Made by a program: the position numbers and the translations under genes. From positions 1,612,001 through 1,676,000 of the forward strand of contig JBLDXI010000009.1 of assembly GCA_047495785.1 (NCBI GenBank): a stretch of DNA of 64,000 nt. Reading direction: 5' to 3'. This document shows positions 51,469-57,966 of this stretch, piece by piece; the stretch's first letter is position 1, and each line of letters starts with the position of its first letter. The notes beneath the pieces were generated by a model. That model worked only from the letters and a program-made list of their open reading frames with translations. It was not told the origin of the DNA and did no database searches. Origin of the DNA: Lepidodermella squamata (lineage: Eukaryota; Animalia; Gastrotricha).

Positions 51469-53121
51469 ATGCTGGTCCCGTTATGCGGTATGCCTTTTGT
51501 TAAAATCGTGTTTTCTTATTTTTAAGTTTCTCTGTTGTTTTAGGAAGTGTTTCTGCCGCGTGTAGCAAGAGATTCGCATCGTTGAAGGTAGTATACGGTC
51601 AGTATTAATAGATTGGAAGATTCTGAACTCATGTAATGCTGTTTAGAATGTGACCCCGTTGATCTCCTTGACTCGATCCCTCCCATATCGTCATCTTTCT
51701 TCGGTCCCGCAAGCGCAAAAGAAAGTATTTGTTCGCGATAAGATTCATTTAAATGTCGGCACTATCGGTCACGTCGATCATGGTAAAACCAGCTTGACCT
51801 CAGCCATCACCAAAGTTCTTGCTGAGGAGAAGATGGCCAAGTACAAGAAATATGACGAAATCGACAATGCTCCTGAGGAAAAAAATCGTGGTATTACCAT
51901 AAATGCCACCGTTGTCGAGTATAGTACCAAAAAGCGCCATTACGGCCACGTTGATTGTCCTGGTCATGCTGATTACATCAAGGTATAGCTTGGTAAATTA
52001 ACTTGCGCTGGTGTTTATATGTATTTTCAATAGAACATGATTACCGGCACAGCTCAAATGGACGGAGCTATCTTGGTGGTGGCCGCTACCGATGGTGCTA
52101 TGCCACAAACCAAGGAACACTTGCTATTAGCAAAGCAAATCGGCATTCAAAAATTGGTTGTCTTTCTTAACAAGGCCGACATGGCGGACAAGGAAATGTT
52201 GGAATTGGTCGAGATGGAGCTGCGTGAATTGTTAGCTTCTTATGGTTATGATGCTGACGCCACGCCGATCATTGTTGGTTCCGCCTTGTGTGCCATTGAA
52301 GATCGTAACCCCGAGATTGGCCGTGATGCCATCAAGAAGTTGATGGAAGCTGTCGATTCATATATTCCAGATCCTGCTCGCGATCTAGACAAACCTTTCT
52401 ATCTTCCCATCGAAACAGTTCATACGATTCCAGGTCGAGGCACTGTGGTCACTGGCCGCTTGGAATATGGTGTCATCAAAAAGGGCGATAACTGTGAAAT
52501 TCTCGGCTTCGACACTGAGCTGAAAACTACTATAACTGGTATGAGATTTGAAATTTGAGCGTAACCTTATGATCATTTTGACCATTAGGTGTTGAGATGT
52601 TCCATCAGATCTTGGAACAGGCTCAAGCTGGCGATCAGTTGGGTGCGCTTATTCGAGGCGTCAAGCGCGAAGACGTTCGACGTGGCATGGTTCTGTGCAA
52701 ACCGAAGACGCAGAAGTTGGTCAATCATTTCAAGTCTCAAATTTATCTGCTAAACAAGGAAGAAGGTGGGCAGAAGACTCCGCGTGCCAAGCCCCTGGTT
52801 GACAAAAACCAGGTTCAGGTATTCTCACGTACCTGGGATTGCCCCGGCTTTGTTCAGCTAACTGGCAAGGAAATGGTTATGCCTGGCGAAGATTCGTCGA
52901 TCCACCTGAAGATGCTCAAGAAAATGGTAATTGAGCAAGGCCAAAGATTCACCATGCGCGACGCGTTCGGTACTCTTGGTTATGGTGTGGTGACAGAGCT
53001 TTTGCCTAACCACGATGCCGAGGCGTACTTGGAAGAGCGACGTGAAGCACGCCGTGCTGTTCGTAGGGCTGAGCGGAAAAAGGAGAAAGAATCGATGGGC
53101 GGGAAATCCAGCAAGGATTAA
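51469..53121 (+). CDS. TUFM: Mitochondrial elongation factor Tu with a C-terminal extension
   Basis: Transit-peptide exons ([24 protein letters not shown]...), [43 protein letters not shown]; 5 exons. Confidence 0.96.
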
Positions 53122-53318
53122 AACGAAGTCTTCGGCTATGCTATCCTCTCATAACTTCAATAATATCTATCGTGTTGCTTACCTACTATAGGTCAAATTT
53201 GTTTAAGCTGTATCATAGTCCCAAAAGCCTATCTAGTGTGTGATCGAAACTTTGATTGAATTAAATTCATTTTATACATGTCAATTTAACAATTATTTTC
53301 ATCGTTAGGTTGCGTTAA

Positions 53319-53925
53319 ATGGCAAAAGTTTTACACATTGGCCGGGCTCCAGTCCGGTTCACCAAGTTCTACTTGGAATCTAGTAATCTATTTCTTCGCG
53401 ATAACGTTCGTATCTTTGCCTTCAACGTCTTGCCCAAACAACCGCATTCTGCTGGCCTGGAGGCGTTTGATTTTTGGCATACATGTCAGCTTCAGTATCG
53501 CAATCCTAATGTTCAGCTAGTCAGACTGGATAAAGTTACGCCAACTCCTTTCATCATGACGTATTTCGAAGATGGCTCTCGCGAACTCGTCGATTGCTTC
53601 GGCAAAACTCGAACCGAAATTCGGGAACATATTCGAAAAGTGTTTGGAAAATCTGAGTGAGTTGAGTTTTATCATTATTGGAGTGGTTAACTTTCTGTAT
53701 TATTGAAGCGCCGAAATCGCGGAATTGATGAAGAGCAAAGAAGAACAGGAGAAACAACGCAGTCATCCTCCTCAAAACCCGGCTAATTTTGGGCTCGGGT
53801 GCGATCGGTGGTGCATTTGCGAAATTCCGGGCCAGGTTCCCTGCTCAGGCTTCGAACGCCCTCCCAAAGAACGGACGGGCAAATTCCGCTTCCACGGCGT
53901 TGATCGTGATGCTGTTTCTAATTAA
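53319..53925 (+). CDS. MRPS25: Mitochondrial ribosomal protein S25 (mS25)
   Basis: GRAPVR.T..YL, F.FW...QLQYRNPNVQ, TPTPFI, NPANFG..C.R.CICEIPGQVPC; intron at ~53657-53709. Confidence 0.92.
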
Positions 53926-54085
53926 CCCCAATATTGTTTAAGATATCAAGCTGGTCCATCTTTGCATCAAATCATAAATCATTTTTCTTATTTTCTCTTC
54001 TGATAGAATTTAATCACGAATAATCAGTTAATTTGGCGGTTATATGGCCGTAAAATCAGGTTGGTTATTTCTTCGAAATTTGGTC

Positions 54086-54223
54086 CATGTGATCTCGAAA
54101 CCACTATTGATTGAAAATGATATAGCTGGTGGTGTGTCACAAATAATAACTAATGATGCGATTTCGCACGGATCCAAAACTTGAGTTGTAGTTCTTTCGA
54201 CATCTTCATAATCGCGAATAATT
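54086..54223 (+). ncRNA. H/ACA-type snoRNA (intron 1)
   Basis: Hairpin tgtgat..acca/tggt..gtcaca, H box AAATAA, hairpin gcgatt..gat/atc..aatcgc, AUA box. Pockets ctcgaa/ggtgt and gcacg/ttca. Confidence 0.65.
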
Positions 54224-54319
54224 TGTTCGTTTAGATTGCGACGTCTCGCGCAGAATAGCCGAATCCATAAAATGTAAGTTCGAAGCAAAGGATTTTACGA
54301 TTTATACTTGTTGCTGGAG

Positions 54320-54425
54320 AGTTTTCAGTGATGACCTTGTATAAGTAGTGGTCAGACTTGTCTGGTGACAACTTTTACGATGAGAACTGACAACCTCTTA
54401 GCAAATGTTGACTTTCTGAGATTCA
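54320..54425 (+). ncRNA. SNORD75: Box C/D snoRNA, SNORD75 (U75)-like (intron 2)
   Basis: Box C GTGATGA 54328, D' CAGA preceded by AAGTAGTGGT (antisense to conserved LSU GAAAUACCACUACU), C'-like CGATGA, box D CTGA 54416, short terminal stem. Confidence 0.75.
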
Positions 54426-54539
54426 ATGTATTTATGGAGTGTATGTTTGTTTCAGATTCGAACAATTCGATGCATTGCCAATATTTGGTCTGACGTGCTG
54501 ACTTGAGGTTAGTTACCCCTTTTGATTTCATTCAAGTTT

Positions 54540-54677
54540 GGTTTGAGCACGAGGTCATTGCGTATGCCGTAAATATGTATGCGTGCTGGCTTCAAGCTCA
54601 AACAGCGACGAGCAAAACTTGACAACCGATTAATCTATTCTTATTTTTACTTGGTTCATCTAAGTTTGCTGATATTT
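54540..54677 (+). ncRNA. H/ACA-type snoRNA (intron 3)
   Basis: tttgagc/gctcaaa and agcaaa/tttgct lower stems, AUA box; 3' pocket strand CATCTAAG is complementary to conserved 18S CUUAGAUG. Confidence 0.7.
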
Positions 54678-54758
54678 CAGATGCCTTAAGCGACTTCGAC
54701 GTTTTCCTTTGTTCGACTGGCGATACAAGGTGAGTAGCTTTGTTTGTTTGATCTTCCA

Positions 54759-54897
54759 TATCGAGACGAGTGACAATGTCAAGCCGGTTACATACAGTCT
54801 TGAATTGATTTGTAGTTTCGAATATTTTGGCCTAGTTATGCCGAGTGTGGCTGTTTGCTCCCTATCTTACTGCCTCTCTTAAATATGGCCCATATTT
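54759..54897 (+). ncRNA. H/ACA-type snoRNA, family A copy 1 (intron 4)
   Basis: tcgagac-GAGTGA-caat...attg-atttgta-gtttcga; ggcc..TGCCGAGTGT-ggc...gcc..ggcc-AUA; paralogous to the RNAs in introns 5 and 6. Confidence 0.75.
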
Positions 54898-54990
54898 TTC
54901 AGATACCCGTCTTTTTGAGCGATCGATCACAATCGCGGCGGCTTCATGCTTGGTGAGATTTTTAATGCCTTAATTTTTGAAAATTTATAA

Positions 54991-55126
54991 GATCGAAGCG
55001 AGTGACAATATCAAGTCTGAGCGTGGCTTGAATTGATATGTAGTTTCGAATATTTTTGACCATTTAATGCCGAGTGTGGCTGTTTGCCTTTGCTCTTCCA
55101 GCCTTTCAATAATATGGCCAAAATTC
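54991..55126 (+). ncRNA. H/ACA-type snoRNA, family A copy 2 (intron 5)
   Basis: Same two-hairpin architecture and pocket sequences as copy 1; tail box AAA. Confidence 0.72.
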
Positions 55127-55186
55127 ATGTAATTTCAGATCCCACCATGGTACGTTGCTTATGTAACAATGGTCTCATGGAGTTAC

Positions 55187-55325
55187 CTCGAGTTGAGTGA
55201 CAACGTTTGAATCTCTTCGTGGTTCAATGTTGCGAAAGATACTCGTAAAGTAACTGCCGTATATTGCCGAGTGTGGCCTGTCGCCTTTTCCATCGATCAG
55301 CCTTTCTAAATCGCGGTGTACATTT
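55187..55325 (+). ncRNA. H/ACA snoRNA, family A copy 3 (intron 6)
   Basis: cgagt-TGAGTGA-caac...gttg..actcg, H box AAAGTA, TGCCGAGTGTGGC, ACA at 55320; compensatory stem changes relative to copies 1 and 2. Confidence 0.8.
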
Positions 55326-55393
55326 TCAGATTCGAATTCTGGAACTTCAAGCTATTGACCGAGGTGAGTGAATTTTTGAAATTAAATCTTTCT

Positions 55394-55530
55394 TCTTCGA
55401 AATTTATGCTTTTTGTGTTGCTGATTCTTGTGCAACACTAAATTCAAATTTCGAGAAATTCTTAACCTGAGTTGAGTACTTGAGTCGTAATTCAAGATAT
55501 GACTGAAGAAATTTATCCAGGCTAACATTT
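55394..55530 (+). ncRNA. H/ACA snoRNA (intron 7), predicted guide for the LSU rRNA 5' end
   Basis: tcgaaattt/aaatttcga stem with pocket ATGCT/TAAATTC complementary to LSU GAAUUUAAGCAU; second hairpin cctg/cagg with pocket TGAGTA/ATATG; ACA at 55525. Confidence 0.78.
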
Positions 55531-55630
55531 TGTTATTATTTCAGGAATGAAGAATTTGCGATGGCGAAGCGCGGCGATCGTGGGTGTTTCGATGCAAGGT
55601 AAGAGTCGCTCTTCGATTTTCGCCCAGTTA

Positions 55631-55767
55631 CTCGAGCAATAGAGTCAGTGCTGTGTCTTATCAGTGTCACAATGCTGCTAATTGTATCGAATATAAAATG
55701 ACAAAAACGAGTGCGGTGTGCCCGTTTAACTTGTGGGCGCCTCGTTTCAGTAATTTTGTCTACATCT
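55631..55767 (+). ncRNA. SNORA3: H/ACA snoRNA, SNORA3/snR11-like family B copy 1 (intron 8)
   Basis: 5' pocket TAGAGTC/GCTA pairs with LSU GAGC-UU-GACUCUA (yeast 25S U2416 equivalent); H box ATATAA; ACA at 55762. Confidence 0.82.
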
Positions 55768-55852
55768 TTCGGTTTGTTTTTCAGTTGCTGTCACCTTTCG
55801 ACCCACGGGTTATTCACTCAGGTGAGTAATTTTTCGTTGTAAATTATCGCCT

Positions 55853-55991
55853 ACCGAGACATAGAGTCAGCGTTGTGTCTATTGTAGTGGCACAATGCTG
55901 CTTAATGTTTCGAAAATTGATCGAAGCATGTCGTTCAGTGCGGCTGTCACGTATATCATGTGATATTCGTTATTTAACCTTGCTTTCATTT
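55853..55991 (+). ncRNA. SNORA3: SNORA3-like family B copy 2 (intron 9), boxes degenerate
   Basis: TAGAGTC/GCTT pocket and TTCAGTGCGGC/TCGTT pocket retained; ACA replaced by TCA and no clean H box. Confidence 0.68.
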
Positions 55992-56188
55992 TGATATTTT
56001 AATTTCAGACGTACCAGATAGTCACTAAGCGACCAGCCATATGACCGTGACCTACCACGCTAACAAGGTAATGAAAAACTCCTCCTTAAAAAGTCATTCT
56101 TAATTAACGGTGTTCTTCTTATCAGATTTTCAAGTATCGTTGCTGGCCTAGAAACAAGTGAGTAATAATTTTAAAATTTAGTTGATAA

Positions 56189-56336
56189 ATCGATGCATTA
56201 GAGTCAGTGTGGTGTCAAGCTTCGGCTCTAGTGACACCTTGCTGCTAAATGTATCGTAGACTAATTTGAGGCATTTCGTTCAGTGCGGCAGTTGCTTGTT
56301 CCGTGTGACAATCGTTATTTCACTTTGCTTACATTC
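56189..56336 (+). ncRNA. SNORA3: H/ACA snoRNA, SNORA3-like family B copy 3 (intron 11)
   Basis: TAGAGTC/GCTA pocket, H box AGACTA, TTCAGTGCGGC/TCGTT pocket, ACA at 56331. Confidence 0.82.
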
Positions 56337-56405
56337 TGATTTGTTTTTCTTTAGGCTGGTTTCACGCGACACAAATGGTAATTCTATTTTCTATTTTGGG
56401 TGGCT

Positions 56406-56543
56406 CTCGGACCATAGAGTCAGGGGCGTATCTGGTTTCCGTGATGCGTTTCTGCTTACGTGCTCCGTATAGCAACGGCCTGATATTTCAGGGTTGTCAC
56501 TATTACTCAAGTGTGGCAGCTTTTATCGACCAGCCCTACATTT
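56406..56543 (+). ncRNA. SNORA3: H/ACA snoRNA, SNORA3-like family B copy 4 (intron 12) with a different 3' hairpin
   Basis: TAGAGTC/GCTT pocket, H box ATAGCA, 3' pocket TATTTCA/TATCGAC, ACA at 56538. Confidence 0.78.
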
Positions 56544-56933
56544 TCCCTCTTTTTTCAGGTACTTCTGCAAACTTCTCGACTAACTCATTAATGATTCGAT
56601 TTTGATATGATTAAAATGCTGAAATAAAATTGTTTGAATACCAATGCGGACTCTTTTGAAACTTCATTTTCTGTGACGCCGTTTTGAAGCCAAGTGGAGG
56701 CTGTATCCTAGTAACAGACCAACTTAAGCGAAAAACTCCCGCGATATCGGCGGCCTATATCATCTGAACACTGAACTCCCCAAACTTTTACACTGCGAAG
56801 CCGGTTTTTCACAGGAAACTTCGTAAAATTCTGGAATTCTAAGCGATTCTGGCAGCTAAAACGTGGTAATTAAGAATATGCTGTGAATGCTGAGAAACGA
56901 AATTGAATTAAAAGCAGAAAAAACGGAAAAGCC

Positions 56934-57027
56934 TTCACCACATTCTTCGAGGTTGTGATTTGAATTGTATATCAAGAACAGGCTGTAAACCTGCTTTGTT
57001 TACAAAACACGACCACGTGAATGGGCG
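56934..57027. repeat. Dispersed ~95-nt hairpin repeat, copy 1
   Basis: ttcaccacattc.ttcgaggttgtgat.tgaatt..atatcaa..acagg...cctg...aacacgaccacgtgaatgggcg, shared with 59638-59736. Confidence 0.8.
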
Positions 57028-57966
57028 GAGGGAATCGATTCCGTAAGTCAACATCGGTAGCTGAAATTGAAAGATTTAAACAAAGTGAGAAAACAACAGT
57101 CACCCGCCGTGAATTTCGGTACTTTTAATCCATAGATCTCACTTCTTTCTGATAGATTTTCATCATCAAACTTATATAGCAAAGATAAAGAATATAAAGA
57201 AAAATGAGGCATCTTTCGTTGGCATGACATGACATGATCTCGCAAATCAGCAGTTTCATCATAGAATAGTTGATACACATGAGCGCGGGTGTAGAGCATC
57301 AATAAGAAAAAATCATAAATCGAACACGATTCAAGAACAGAAAAAATCAACTGAAAGAAGTCAAGAAGTTGTGCAATGATCTATCTCGATCTGAACGGCA
57401 TTGTTCGACTACTCTCTACAATCAAATTTAAGTGCTTTGTAATAGGAGATAGCCACACGAGTGGCCTCTGGATGAAATGTTTGAAGAAGACGAAGAAAAA
57501 AACGAATCTACTCGAGAGTGGGTGCAAGTTGAGGCGAATAAAAAACGAGACGCCGGCCAGCACATCAAAACGACGTCGCCGCGTTGTAAATTCAACTCTC
57601 ACTTGCTCGCTCACTACTACGTTATTAGCAGTTGTTAGGTGCATTAGAATTTTTTCTACAACGCTCACGTAGCCGCATGTGTATGTACGTATTTAAATGC
57701 GAGCTATTCGTCTTGCTGCTGTTGCTGCTTCTGCTTATTATTACTATGTGCGTGTACCGAGACTAGCATTAGCACTGTATTATGCGTATAAAAAAACTGA
57801 AAAATAGAGCCGATCGATCGCACATAACAATAATGTAGCGCGCAGGAAAAATACTAGAGAGAGAGAGAGAGAGACCTTTCCGCTGAAAATAGCCGGCCGT
57901 GGCTGACAGCGAATTACAATGATCGCGAGCAGTTGTGACAGCAGATGATAAAAACGAACGCGGGAT

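Larger units (their letters stand above)
54007..56640 (+). ncRNA. Non-coding multi-snoRNA host gene (GAS5/SNHG-like), 13 exons and 12 introns
   Basis: GT-AG introns at 54060-54234, 54274-54455, 54508-54680, 54730-54902, 54953-55138, 55150-55329, 55364-55544, 55599-55784, 55822-56008, 56068-56125, 56158-56354, 56378-56558. Internal exons are 11-59 nt. First spliced ORF is only 30 codons (MAVKSD...YLV*). AATAAA at 56623. Confidence 0.85.

Noticed and set aside
54730-56558. CRISPR-like or minisatellite interpretation of the ~210-nt periodic motifs
   Set aside because: Eukaryotic context, no identical direct repeats and no cas genes; the periodicity is explained by intron-exon units carrying paralogous snoRNAs.
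54040-56605. Short ORFs in the snoRNA array (54040-54288, 55584-55829, 56266-56605)
   Set aside because: They start at non-ATG or incidental codons, cross splice sites and have no protein features.
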